Positions 36,329 to 45,691 of a DNA stretch of 51,539 bases are shown one piece after another. Numbering within the stretch: position 1 is the stretch's first letter; the number at the start of each line of letters is the position of its first letter. The notes under the pieces were generated by a model, which worked only from the letters and a program-made list of their open reading frames with translations, searched no databases and was not told the origin of the DNA. This DNA comes from Desulfobacteria bacterium (GTDB taxonomy: Bacteria > Desulfobacterota > Desulfobacteria > Desulfobacterales > C00003060). The position numbers were made by a program, and so were the translations under genes. The stretch lies in NCBI GenBank assembly GCA_030145395.1, contig JAQYVR010000119.1:1-51539 (forward strand), written 5' to 3'.

Positions 36329-36432
36329 CTTACGCGGTGCCCAACACTTGTTACGTTATTTATGGATAGGCACCATCTAAACGAAAGAAACATTTCGCTA
36401 ACGTAAACCTCAAATCACAAGGAGCTATCCGG

Positions 36433-36666
36433 TCAATTAGAACGTGAAATACTCTTTCGGCGTTTCTTGGACTTCCCTGGCGTCTTGAGATCAACCTTGC
36501 CCATCAGTTCAACCTTCACAACATCGTCTTCCTCTTTAACTCTGCCCTCTTTCAGTGCCACATCAAGTTCTTTTTTGCTAAATATATCAATCACAATATC
36601 ATCCCCATTCTCGTCTCTACCTCTGAGCAGCAGATACCGCTTTGCGCCCTTGACCATTTTTGCCAT
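36433..36666 (-). CDS. hypothetical small protein (77 aa) with basic C-terminal tail
   Basis: A GGAGGAG RBS lies 4 nt before the ATG and the gene has its own promoter. The C-terminus is KTPGKSKKRRKSISRSN. I recognise no family. Confidence 0.55.
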   Translation of the reverse strand: MAKMVKGAKRYLLLRGRDENGDDIVIDIFSKKELDVALKEGRVKEEDDVVKVELMGKVDLKTPGKSKKRRKSISRSN

Positions 36667-36699
36667 GGTTCTCCTCCCCTTTTACATTGAAGATTGATG

Positions 36700-36729
36700 A
36701 TTAATATATCTCCCCCGTTTTAGCTGTCA
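36700..36729 (-). promoter_or_regulatory. sigma-70-like promoter for the 77-aa gene, preceded by a GATTAGn heptamer triplet
   Basis: On the minus strand, TTGACA (36729-36724), an 18-nt spacer, then TATTAA (36705-36700). The -35 element is the last unit of GATTAGT GATTAGC GATTGAC (36745-36725). Confidence 0.5.
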
Positions 36730-36987
36730 ATCGCTAATCACTAATCCCCAGGAACCTCTTGGAGTCATCCGCGGCCAACCTCTTTATCCCTTAAATTATG
36801 CTATTTGATGTTTCTTGGAGTTTTTTTCTGTATCGGGAAGGATCCTGCCGAGCACAGGTTGGCTTCTCGTAAGGCCGTCGCAACATGTAAGATATGAGTT
36901 CTTATTGGTTCAGAACCTGACTCAAGTACTGCCGGTTGCATAGCGCTGCCGACAGACAGCCCCCACCTTACATGGCGGAAATAGTGT

Positions 36988-37401
36988 CTAAAGCAGGCCT
37001 TTACCTAACCGGGCCCGTAAGCCCGCAAAGGGAAACCGCACCCTGCAAGCGGAGAGCTTCACTTCCGACTTCTCTGTTTCTAAAAGGGCCATCTTTAATG
37101 TAGCATGAACACCGTCTTCCCATGGCCAAATCATGGCTATCACGGTAACATCTTTAAATTCTTTCCTAAATAGCGTCTGACCAACCCACATTCCACCGTA
37201 GTCTTTTGTCAAAAGAAGATGTTCTTTGTTAGGTTTTTTCCCAGCAGGTTTCACCGCAGGCCCCAACACGTCAGCAAATATCTTGTACCACTCGTCTATG
37301 TCCTTCTTGTAGAAAACGAGCTCACTGTACTTATCACTTTTGCATCGTTCTTCATCAACTCCCAGCTTTTTACATCTTTCTGTGATCTCCCGCAACGTCA
37401 T
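36988..37401 (-). CDS. hypothetical protein (137 aa)
   Basis: ATG 37401 has GGAGG 8 nt upstream. A perfect TATAAT (37458-37453, minus strand) lies inside the longer ORF-track version, which argues for the shorter form. I recognise no motif. Confidence 0.55.
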   Translation of the reverse strand: MTLREITERCKKLGVDEERCKSDKYSELVFYKKDIDEWYKIFADVLGPAVKPAGKKPNKEHLLLTKDYGGMWVGQTLFRKEFKDVTVIAMIWPWEDGVHATLKMALLETEKSEVKLSACRVRFPFAGLRARLGKGLL

Positions 37402-37775
37402 AGCCACTCCCTCCACACAAAATAATGGGTGTTCTGGTTGCTTGGTCGGGCCATTATACAAAAAGGAGCCCTATTGTGCGTCCAAGCACAAAGAGACACC
37501 TCTCTGGCACCAAAAATCATGCACACGAGTGTGTGTACATGAAAGAAGTGTGCCAAAAAACAGGCTGGAGCCTCATAACATTCTGACACCTTGCATCAAG
37601 TTGAGGTTGCAAAAGCAGAACAGACAAGAACCACACGTTGAAAAGAAGGCTATCACATTAATCTTGTGATGTTGGCCAACACGACCTCTGACTAGCGTCA
37701 AAATAATGACAAAAAACAGGGGATTGAACAGTCTTAGGGCCCACAAGAAAACGATATGCCCTCATGATCGCACCC

Positions 37776-38366
37776 CTATTTCTCAGCCTCGTCATCTTCG
37801 GTGAGAATCATCCCCTCACCAGAATAGACCATGCGCTCCTCGTGAGGCGTGGCCTTTATAACTTCCGGCCAATGCCCGGGTTGGGGCTCGGACCCTTCTT
37901 GTGCGACAGCTGACGGCCTTTTGTCCCTCATCTTCGGATGTTTCCTGATATTCACACCCGGTACCGGGGCGCTGAACTCAATGGGGATGTTGTTAGGATC
38001 GAAGGAGTAGATGGAGTGGATGAATCCGTGATTGATGACCTCGGAAACCCAGACTTCAGCGGCTTCCAATCTATCTTTCAGCTCCCACAGATCCTCCTCG
38101 CTTTCCACCTCGAATGAGACATGGTCGAAGACAAACGGACCCTTTACAGGTACACCGTGATCCTTCTCGGGAACCTTGTCCACGTCCGGCCACTCGAAAA
38201 AGGCAATCATGTCGTGCTCGGATATCTCGAAGAAATAGTGTCTGTATCCGAGCCTTCCAAGGCTCGCCACCAAACGCATACCGAGCAAATCCCGCCAGAA
38301 GCGGGTGGTGGTATCCATATCTCTCGTAGCCATTGCCAAGTGATTGACTCCGCTGTATTTGACCAT
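37776..38366 (-). CDS. VOC-family (glyoxalase/bleomycin-resistance/dioxygenase fold) protein
   Basis: VNHLAMATRDMDTTTRFWRDLLGMRLV and the later HVSFEV.. strand pattern are typical of vicinal-oxygen-chelate proteins. Confidence 0.8.
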   Translation of the reverse strand: MVKYSGVNHLAMATRDMDTTTRFWRDLLGMRLVASLGRLGYRHYFFEISEHDMIAFFEWPDVDKVPEKDHGVPVKGPFVFDHVSFEVESEEDLWELKDRLEAAEVWVSEVINHGFIHSIYSFDPNNIPIEFSAPVPGVNIRKHPKMRDKRPSAVAQEGSEPQPGHWPEVIKATPHEERMVYSGEGMILTEDDEAEK

Positions 38367-38901
38367 GTTAGGACTCCCGCAAGAGCATAATCTTTCTGCT
38401 ATACGCAGAAGCTTCCGCCCCCGTCACTGACCCTTGATCTTGTTTTGAAAAGAGGAATGGATAGGAAATGCAATTCGTCAGGATGGAAGATAACCGGGAA
38501 GTGGCTTCCCGTAAATTGACGAGCCATTACAAGATAAACTTGTATGCCTTGTCGTTCCGTGTGTTTTGACCGTAATGTGTGACCTGCCAACTGCTGACGT
38601 TACCCTTTAGTTGCATAAACAACATGCAGAAGGTTCTAAAAACCAACCATAGCCCTTCTCCACTAGATATTTGAACGATTTTGTGGAATTCACTGCGGGT
38701 GATATCCAGAAAACCAGAAAAACAGCCATGTTGTTTACCCTTCGGGAAAGCCAATGATACTGTATCTCCCCGGTGGGCGGGATCTGACGACCTGCGCTTG
38801 CCCGCCTCTGGCGGGTTGCCAAGGGTTCGGCGTAGCCTACTACAGCCTCACCCTTGCACGCCTTGGATCTACAGCACCCTCGGCTTTTGCAACGTTAGGG
38901 T

Positions 38902-39447
38902 CTATTGACCGTTCGACGCTCCATCTTCCGCAGATTCCCCAGCGCCCTCCATTACTCGATTCCTTTCATCTTCCTCTATTCGAGATTGAACCGGCATGTA
39001 TTTATAACCGACTTCACCCGTTTCTGTGAGTTCATCATAGTCCAGGGTTACGCTGGCAGTACCTCCCGCCCAATAGTAATGTCTGTCGAAGTACTGCCGT
39101 CCCTCGGGCTTGCCGTACATATGGAGAAACTCTGCCCGTATTCTGTTGAAATTGGAAAGACCCGCAAACTCAATACGGACACAATAAAACTGGCCTTTGT
39201 AAAAGACATATTGGATGCTGCGCAGTTTCGCATCTCCCATCACCATATCGTCACTCTTCTTTGTGTAGGCCTTCAAATCACCACCGTCCACGGTAAGCAC
39301 CATGCCCGCCAGTTTATCGATCTTGGTTCCCCACTTTATCCCCCGGAAATCATAGGGCTCATTTTGGTAGGCGAACGCACAAACTGACAACATGACCGAT
39401 ATAGTTGCGGTCAAAACGAGGAACATTTTCTTTGGAAAACGACGCAT
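38902..39447 (-). CDS. secreted hypothetical protein (181 aa)
   Basis: The N-terminal signal peptide is MRRFPKKMFLVLTATISVMLSVCAFA, and the C-terminal tail is acidic. I recognise no family. Confidence 0.6.
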   Translation of the reverse strand: MRRFPKKMFLVLTATISVMLSVCAFAYQNEPYDFRGIKWGTKIDKLAGMVLTVDGGDLKAYTKKSDDMVMGDAKLRSIQYVFYKGQFYCVRIEFAGLSNFNRIRAEFLHMYGKPEGRQYFDRHYYWAGGTASVTLDYDELTETGEVGYKYMPVQSRIEEDERNRVMEGAGESAEDGASNGQ

Positions 39448-39487
39448 AGCGCCCTCCTTCTTTCAAGAAGCTTAGTAAAGAATCCAG

Positions 39488-39796
39488 GCCCAGAGGACCC
39501 GGCTTTGGTATAACCCCTGGAAGAGGATAATTTACTACCCGGCCGTTACAAAACTCGAAATCCGAATATCGGCACGAAGTGAAGCTTTGCGCTAATCCTA
39601 AACAAATCCGAATTACAAAATGTTCCAATGACCGAAACAAAACAAACCATGCCTTACAAACTCTTCTGTTTGAATCATTTGAATTTCTGTCATTTGATAT
39701 TGTTTCGTGTTTCGAATTTCGAGTTTCGGATTTATCGCTGCATCTTACAAAAGGCAAAGCCAATCGCCTCTGACCTAGCCCAGAGGACCAGGTTTT
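39488..39796. repeat. ~300-bp AT-rich insert bounded by 19-nt direct repeats
   Basis: GCCCAGAGGACCCGGCTTT (39488-39506) and GCCCAGAGGACCAGGTTTT (39778-39796) match at 17/19. The interior carries the 7-nt periodic tract 39667-39736 (..GTTTCGT GTTTCGA ATTTCGA GTTTCGG ATTTATC) and its approximate inverse AAAACTCGAAATCCGAATATCGG (39549-39571). Confidence 0.6.
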
Positions 39797-39921
39797 TCAA
39801 GATGAAATAAATCCCACGCGGAGCAGCCGATCATCTTGAACCCTGCTGCAGCGGGAAACGTTTTGCAGAGGTCTCAATATTCCAGCCCAAGCTCGAAAGG
39901 TCTTGGTGCGGTACTCCCTGA

Positions 39922-41322
39922 TTAATGACCACTGCTCCTGCCGGGGCTAAGAACAAGTCGGCTATTTTCACTATCAATCTGTACTTTATACTTGTTCAGC
40001 AAATCCATGCCAAGAATGGCATCAAACTTTCTTTCCTCTCCGCTGGGTAAGTCTGATATTGCTACACGAAAGTTGTTTTCGATCAGGTCTCCGACTTGAA
40101 TGGAATCGAGCGTTGCCAACTGTGCCTGGATGTCCACGGCCATTGTTTTCAGTGTTATGCCATGGCCCGGTTCTTCTGCCAATTGGAGCCTCTGTGCCAG
40201 CTCTCTTGAAAGAACCGTGATTCCAGCTCCTGTATCGACAAGGACCCTTGCCTCGAGGAAACCATTAAAGACGACCGGCACTACCACGTGTCCATCAACG
40301 GGTAGAAACTTGACAACGGTCAGCACTTCTTCGCTTGTCTCCTCGCCCTCCTCACTAACAGACTCGCCTGTCTCCTCTTCGTCTTCTGAAGGGGTTTCTT
40401 CTTCGGCCCCCTCAGTTTCCGACGTTGTTTCTCCCTCCGTCTCTTCTCCTTCCGCAGCTGGTTCTTCTTCCAGCTCCTCGGCTTCCAGGGGTGTTTCTTC
40501 CCCCGTCTTTTCAGCCTCCAACCCTTCTTCTTCCTCCACCTCTTCGGCTTCCGGCGAGGTCTCTTCTTCCACCCCTTCTTCTGGCGCTTTCTCTGCTACT
40601 TGCTCCCCAGACAGTCTTTCCACGTCGTATGGAGAATAATAGACGTAGATGTCGTAGGCTGCCCTGTCCTCTTCAGAAGCGTATTTGAGAAACTTGGCGA
40701 ATTGCTGATCAGCCAACTCATGGTTGGCCCGGCGATAATAAATGGCACCAAGACGATACAAGGCAGGCACAAATTCAGGGTCCAATTTGATGGCCTTTTC
40801 ATAGTATTCTATTTCGGCCTCAGACTCATCATCGAGCGCCCTGCCTCTTTCAAACCATTCTGCCGGCGTGAACGTCTCAGTTTGCCGCTTGCCAGGCAAC
40901 TCGGCCTTTTGCTGGTCCAAGTCGCGTTCAGCGCCCCTGTCGGACCTGTCTTCACCTCTGTCACGCCTAAAAGATGATGCCTCTCGCGACTGACCTGGAC
41001 GGCGTAAGTCTCTTCTTCCTTGGGTCTGCGGTTTATACTTGGCTGCAGGCCGGCCCCGCCTGGACTTCGAGGCAGTAATCCCCTTGGTCTGAACCCTATC
41101 CTTCTCATCGCTGTATATGGGAACCTGCTCAGGGGTTTTTGCGCGATAAACGGAGATCAGATACGCGCCTGTGGAGAGAGTGGCAAAGGCTATCAGGGCA
41201 GTCAGCAAATACGCTTTATTACGCTTCTTTCTTATTTGCTGTTCATATTTCTTAACGTCTATCCCACAAAACGCACAATATGCCTCATCTGGTTGGTCAA
41301 ATCTGCACTTTGGGCATATCAT
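39922..41322 (-). CDS. multidomain membrane protein: zinc ribbon - TM helix - basic linker - TPR - ~90-aa poly-Glu tract - retropepsin-like aspartic protease domain
   Basis: The N-terminus has CPKCRF..CAFCG, followed by the TM helix AYLLTALIAFATLSTGAYLISVY. A TPR-like segment reads EIEYYEKAIKLDPEFVPALYRLGAIYYRRANHELADQQF. An E-rich tract covers res ~243-332 (nt 40327-40596). The C-terminal domain has the VLVDTGAGITVLS catalytic DTG (clan AA, retropepsin-like). Confidence 0.8.
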   Translation of the reverse strand: MICPKCRFDQPDEAYCAFCGIDVKKYEQQIRKKRNKAYLLTALIAFATLSTGAYLISVYRAKTPEQVPIYSDEKDRVQTKGITASKSRRGRPAAKYKPQTQGRRDLRRPGQSREASSFRRDRGEDRSDRGAERDLDQQKAELPGKRQTETFTPAEWFERGRALDDESEAEIEYYEKAIKLDPEFVPALYRLGAIYYRRANHELADQQFAKFLKYASEEDRAAYDIYVYYSPYDVERLSGEQVAEKAPEEGVEEETSPEAEEVEEEEGLEAEKTGEETPLEAEELEEEPAAEGEETEGETTSETEGAEEETPSEDEEETGESVSEEGEETSEEVLTVVKFLPVDGHVVVPVVFNGFLEARVLVDTGAGITVLSRELAQRLQLAEEPGHGITLKTMAVDIQAQLATLDSIQVGDLIENNFRVAISDLPSGEERKFDAILGMDLLNKYKVQIDSENSRLVLSPGRSSGH

Positions 41323-41349
41323 CTTACCAGATCTTCCTCAGAAACTGTC

Positions 41350-41565
41350 TTAGGACCTCGGGTGACACAGATGGCCCAGGACACCGCTGTGAGTATAACG
41401 TGAAAAGCCACCATTCTTATTTGACACGATATTCCACTTAGTGTCAACATCGAAAAGCCGCTCAGGCAAAGATCCTTTGAATGGTCCCCCGATGAATTTG
41501 TTCAGGCCTCCATAGCACGACTCCATCCGTGCGATGCACCCTTGACACCCGGGCGTCTTTTTCAT
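41350..41565 (-). CDS. possible small Cys-rich protein (71 aa)
   Basis: An AAGGA RBS lies 5 nt before the ATG, and the ORF ends 27 nt upstream of the retropepsin-domain gene on the same strand. The N-terminus reads CQGCIARMESC. I recognise no family, so it may be spurious. Confidence 0.4.
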   Translation of the reverse strand: MKKTPGCQGCIARMESCYGGLNKFIGGPFKGSLPERLFDVDTKWNIVSNKNGGFSRYTHSGVLGHLCHPRS

Positions 41566-41617
41566 ATTATCCTTTCGTGAAAAAGCGGTTTACTGTCCTA
41601 AACTAAAGGAGGATGTG

Positions 41618-42184
41618 ATGATCAAGAGACTAATCATTATTATATTGGCCTTTCTGATGGTTACTCCATTTGCCGTCGCTAAGGAAATTGGGGGTGCCAA
41701 ACTGCCTGATTCCATGACTGCAGGCAAGGACGAACTGGTCCTAAATGGGGCCGGCCTGCGCAAGAAGTTCAGGTTTGTCAAGGTTTATGTGGGCGGCCTC
41801 TACCTCACACAAAAGAATGCCGACCCTCAAAAGATCATAGAGGCAGATGAATCTATGGCAGTCAAAATGCATTTTATTTACGATGGTGTTTCCGGCGAGA
41901 AGTTGATAGATGGCTGGAACGAAGGTTTTGGCAAGGCAACTGGCGGAAATGTCCTTCCCATCAAAAAGGAGATAGACAAATTCAATTCGTTCTTCACGGA
42001 AGAGGCAAAGAAAGACGACGTATACGACATAATCTACAATCCGGGGCAGGGAGTAAGCGTATTCATGAAGGGAACGCTTAAAGGGACCATAAGGGGGCTT
42101 GATTTCAAGAAGGCCCTCTTTTCCATTTGGCTCGGCAACAAACCAGCCGACTCAGCGCTTAAAAAGGGAATGCTTGGCAAGTAG
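41618..42184 (+). CDS. chalcone-isomerase-like family protein, secreted
   Basis: It has a signal peptide, and LNGAGLRKKFRFVKVYVGGLYL is the hallmark stretch of bacterial CHI-like proteins. ATG 41618 (AAGGAGG 5 nt upstream) is preferred to GTG 41615. Confidence 0.75.
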   Translation: MIKRLIIIILAFLMVTPFAVAKEIGGAKLPDSMTAGKDELVLNGAGLRKKFRFVKVYVGGLYLTQKNADPQKIIEADESMAVKMHFIYDGVSGEKLIDGWNEGFGKATGGNVLPIKKEIDKFNSFFTEEAKKDDVYDIIYNPGQGVSVFMKGTLKGTIRGLDFKKALFSIWLGNKPADSALKKGMLGK

Positions 42185-42317
42185 TGGATAACACTTTCTC
42201 CGCTGATCTGTGTGAAGCCAATATGCTCCCAGTGTGCTTCGATAAAGCGTTCAAAGGCACTTCGAGTCACCAGGCGAGAAAATGAAATAGTCGTCTGGAA
42301 AATGATAGGCAGGTGTT

Positions 42318-43175
42318 GTGCAAAAGGTACTGGCCTTGGTGGGTTCGCCCCGCAAACTCGGAAATAGCGAGTTGATAGCAAAGCAGATCAGCCGCCACAT
42401 CCCTGAGCCTCATAGCCTTCTACTCATACGCCTGCCACAGATGGATATCGGGCCGTGCCTGGCCTGTTATACCTGTCTCTTTGATACGTGTCCACAGCAG
42501 GACGATTTCTCGGAAATAGTTGAAGCATTACTCGAATCTGATGCCCTCATTCTTGTGGCACCAACCTATCTTCTATCTGCAAACGCCAGTCTCAAGAAAC
42601 TCATGGACAGGGGTCTTTCCTTTTACCCCCACTTCCAACGGCTCTGGGACAAGCCTGCGGTAGCAGTTGCCGTAGCCGGCATCCCCGGCATGGAGGGCTA
42701 CACCAAGCTTTGCCTGGAGAGCGCCGTCCGCCTGATGGGTGGGCAACTCAAGGGGAGTGAAGTCGTGTACGGAGCCCTACCGGGAGAGGTCTTCATGAAC
42801 CATGAAAACCTTCAGGTAGTTGAGACCCTGGCTAAAGCCCTTTTCGGTCCTGCTCCGGATTGGCAGGCAAGCCCCTGGCGCTGTCCTGCCTGCGGAGGTG
42901 ACACCTTCCGATTCTTAGCACCTCACCAGGTCCGCTGTATGACATGCAGTAGCCCGGGCAAGGTTCAGATCAGCAATGGGAGTATCTCTTTTGCCGTAGA
43001 TCCTCCCGAGGACCATTTTTTCTTGACTCTTGAGGGTGCTCGGCGACACCTGGAATGGCTGCGGGGCATGAAACAACGATTTCTTGAGAAGAAGCGGGAA
43101 TTGAAGGACATCTGTCTGGATTACCGCAACGAGGGCGAATGGCTGCAAAGCCGACAAGAAAAAAAGGCCATGTGA
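42318..43175 (+). CDS. iron-sulfur flavoprotein (Isf)/NADPH-dependent FMN reductase-like protein with C-terminal zinc-ribbon extension
   Basis: It has a flavodoxin-like start KVLALVGSPRKLGNSE and a compact cysteine motif CLACYTCLFDTC (CX2CX2CX4C) as in Isf proteins. The C-terminal extension contains CPACGG...CMTC. The start codon is GTG. Confidence 0.7.
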   Translation: MQKVLALVGSPRKLGNSELIAKQISRHIPEPHSLLLIRLPQMDIGPCLACYTCLFDTCPQQDDFSEIVEALLESDALILVAPTYLLSANASLKKLMDRGLSFYPHFQRLWDKPAVAVAVAGIPGMEGYTKLCLESAVRLMGGQLKGSEVVYGALPGEVFMNHENLQVVETLAKALFGPAPDWQASPWRCPACGGDTFRFLAPHQVRCMTCSSPGKVQISNGSISFAVDPPEDHFFLTLEGARRHLEWLRGMKQRFLEKKRELKDICLDYRNEGEWLQSRQEKKAM

Positions 43176-43211
43176 GCTGCGGGAGCTTCAATCGATCAAG
43201 GGGGTTACTCC

Positions 43212-45644
43212 ATGAATAAAAGGATACGAAAGGCCGGTGTGATCGGAGCCGGTGTCATGGGCGCAGCTATCGCCGCCCAAATGGCCAATGTCGGTATCGA
43301 GGTCATTCTTCTCGATATAGTGCCGCCTGAGTTTACAGGGGACGACGAGAAGAAAGGGTACACCAAGGAGAGCAAAGAATTCAGGAACAAATTCATAAAA
43401 AAGGGGCTGGATACAGCACTGAAGTCAAAACCGGCATCCTTTTACCTGCCTGAAAACGCCAAGCTGATCGCTATCGGCAACATGGAGGACGACATAGGGC
43501 TGTTGAGCGAGGTAGATTGGATCGTCGAGGTCGTGGTGGAGCGCCTTGATATCAAGAAGAGTGTTTTCGAAAAGATTGAAGCTGTCATGAACACCGGCAC
43601 CATAATCACCTCCAATACTTCAGGCATATTGGCGCAGGCACTGTGTGAGGGTCGGTCGGAAGACTTCCGAAGACATTTTGCCATTACCCATTTCTTCAAC
43701 CCTCCGAGATATATGAAGCTAATGGAAATTGTACCGGGGCCTGACACACTACCTGAAGTTATGGAAATCCTTGCCGAGACAAGTGAAAAGGTATTGGGAA
43801 AAGGGGTGGTTTTTGCCAAGGACACACCCAATTTTGTGGCAAATCGAATCGGCGTCTTCAGCGTGCTGCATGTCATCCGAATCATGATGGACCTGGGATT
43901 GACTATTGAGGCAGTAGATAAGCTGACCGGTCCCGTCATAGGCCATCCCAAAAGTGCCTCTTTCAGGACAGCGGACCTCGTGGGTCTGGATACGCTGGTT
44001 CATGTGGCAGACAATGTATACGATGGAGCACCTTCCGATGAGAAACGGGAGGTGTTCAAGTCACCGGAACTGGTAGACCGGATGATTGAAAACAAGCTCC
44101 TCGGTGAAAAGAGCAAACAAGGCTTCTACAAAAAAGATAGAGACAGTGAAGGGAGTAGAATCATCCTCTCACTGGATTACAATACCCTTGAGCATGGCCC
44201 CCAAGAAAAGGTCAAGCTGGCGTCTTTGGAAACAGCCAAAACCATTTCCGGCACTGCCCAGAAGATCAAGTCCTTGTATTACGCGGAAGATGTCGGGGGA
44301 CAGTTTACCTTTCGTACCTTGACGGAAACCCTCATTTACTCGGCCAACCGGATTCCAGAAATTGCTGATGATATCGTAAATGTTGATAACGCCATGAAAT
44401 GGGGCTTCGGGTGGAAAATGGGGCCCTTTGAAACCTGGGACGTGCTCGGGGTAGACGACTCGGTGACCAAAATGAAGGAGGCCGGCTGCGAGATCCCTGT
44501 ATGGGTTCAGGAGATGCTTGATGCCGGGCATGCCTCTTTTTACAAGACAGACGAAGGTGTGGCCTACTACTATGATCCTGCTTCAAAGGAATACGCTGTA
44601 GTTCCTGTGAAGCCGGAGATCATTTTCTTGCCCTCCCTCAAGGAACGAGAGAAAAAGGTGGCTGGAAATACCGGGGCCTCCCTTATAGACATTGGGGATG
44701 GCGTGGCATGTTTGGAGTTTCACACCAAGATGAATGCCATGGGCGACGATATCATCAACATGGTGATGCAGGCCGCAGAAATCGTCAGCAAAGATTTTGA
44801 GGGCCTGGTGATTGCTAATCATGCGGTGAATTTCTCGGTTGGGGCGAACCTGCCTCTGGTTCTTTTCACGGCCCAGGAAGAGGAGTGGGACGACCTGGAT
44901 TGGATGATCAAAAGATTCCAGGACGCATTCATGAAGCTGAAGTGTCTCGACAAACCTGTTGTGGCCGCTCCAGCGGGGATGGCCTTAGGCGGTGGTTGTG
45001 AAATCTGTCTGGCTTCGGATCGCGTACGCTATGCTGCCGAGACCTACATGGGCCTGGTGGAAGCCGGCGTCGGTCTGATCCCGGCTGGGGGTGGAACCAA
45101 AGAGATGCTGCTTCGGAACACAGAAAACCTCTTTGAGGTTCAAAAAGGCGGACTCTATCAGCAGCAAATTGAGTTGATGCCGTTCATTGCCAGGGCCTTT
45201 GAAACGATTGCCATGGCCAAGGTATCGACCTCCGGCCCTGAAGCGGTAAAACTTGGATATCTGAAGCCTGTGGATAAGATGACGGCCAATCGAGATTACC
45301 TCATGGAAGACGCAAAGAAGACGGTCCGGGCCATGAATATGGAGGGATATGTGCCACCAAGGCCAAGGGATGACATCCGCGCAGCTGGTGAGAATGCCTT
45401 TGCCACGATAAAATTCGGTCTATGGTCCATGCACGAGGCTGGCTATATCACCGAACACGACGCCACGGTTGCCGGCAAGGCCGGATACGTCCTGTGCGGC
45501 GGGAACGTCCACGCAAACACGTTGGTCAGCGAGCAGTACCTCCTGAATCTTGAGAGAGAGGCCTTTTTGAGCCTGTGTGGCGAACCAAAGACCCACGCCA
45601 GGATTCAGCACATGTTGACTACCGGCAAACCCCTCAGGAATTAA
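43212..45644 (+). CDS. fadN: bifunctional 3-hydroxyacyl-CoA dehydrogenase / enoyl-CoA hydratase (FadN-type domain order)
   Basis: The N-terminus has the NAD-binding motif [18 protein letters not shown] plus 3HCDH domains. The C-terminus has a crotonase fold ([19 protein letters not shown]). 810 aa. Confidence 0.9.
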   Translation: MNKRIRKAGVIGAGVMGAAIAAQMANVGIEVILLDIVPPEFTGDDEKKGYTKESKEFRNKFIKKGLDTALKSKPASFYLPENAKLIAIGNMEDDIGLLSEVDWIVEVVVERLDIKKSVFEKIEAVMNTGTIITSNTSGILAQALCEGRSEDFRRHFAITHFFNPPRYMKLMEIVPGPDTLPEVMEILAETSEKVLGKGVVFAKDTPNFVANRIGVFSVLHVIRIMMDLGLTIEAVDKLTGPVIGHPKSASFRTADLVGLDTLVHVADNVYDGAPSDEKREVFKSPELVDRMIENKLLGEKSKQGFYKKDRDSEGSRIILSLDYNTLEHGPQEKVKLASLETAKTISGTAQKIKSLYYAEDVGGQFTFRTLTETLIYSANRIPEIADDIVNVDNAMKWGFGWKMGPFETWDVLGVDDSVTKMKEAGCEIPVWVQEMLDAGHASFYKTDEGVAYYYDPASKEYAVVPVKPEIIFLPSLKEREKKVAGNTGASLIDIGDGVACLEFHTKMNAMGDDIINMVMQAAEIVSKDFEGLVIANHAVNFSVGANLPLVLFTAQEEEWDDLDWMIKRFQDAFMKLKCLDKPVVAAPAGMALGGGCEICLASDRVRYAAETYMGLVEAGVGLIPAGGGTKEMLLRNTENLFEVQKGGLYQQQIELMPFIARAFETIAMAKVSTSGPEAVKLGYLKPVDKMTANRDYLMEDAKKTVRAMNMEGYVPPRPRDDIRAAGENAFATIKFGLWSMHEAGYITEHDATVAGKAGYVLCGGNVHANTLVSEQYLLNLEREAFLSLCGEPKTHARIQHMLTTGKPLRN

Positions 45645-45691
45645 GATTAGTAAATGACGGTATAACTCTTGACAACGGGAAGGAAGATAAG

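Noticed and set aside
37402-37461. 20-codon N-terminal extension of the 137-aa orphan gene.
   Set aside because: A perfect TATAAT (37458-37453) lies inside it, and a GGAGG RBS precedes the internal ATG at 37401.
37531-37546. Sigma-54-like element TTGGCACACTTCTTTC on the minus strand, upstream of the 137-aa gene.
   Set aside because: The -24 half is good, but the -12 half reads TTTC(A) instead of TTGC, so the conserved GC is missing. It is a single weak hit that cannot be scored here.
38367-38901. The long gene-free gap, checked for RNase P RNA, SRP RNA, tmRNA, 6S RNA and tRNA signatures.
   Set aside because: I found no GGAAAGTCCGGGC-type RNase P core, no SRP GGAAGCAGCC-type domain IV motif, no tmRNA ends and no T-arm GTTCGAATC-like sequences on either strand.
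40100-40688. Plus-strand ORFs of 179 aa and 87 aa, rich in Ser/Pro/Leu.
   Set aside because: They are antisense read-through of the GAA/GAG-rich poly-Glu tract of the retropepsin-domain gene. They are low-complexity artefacts.
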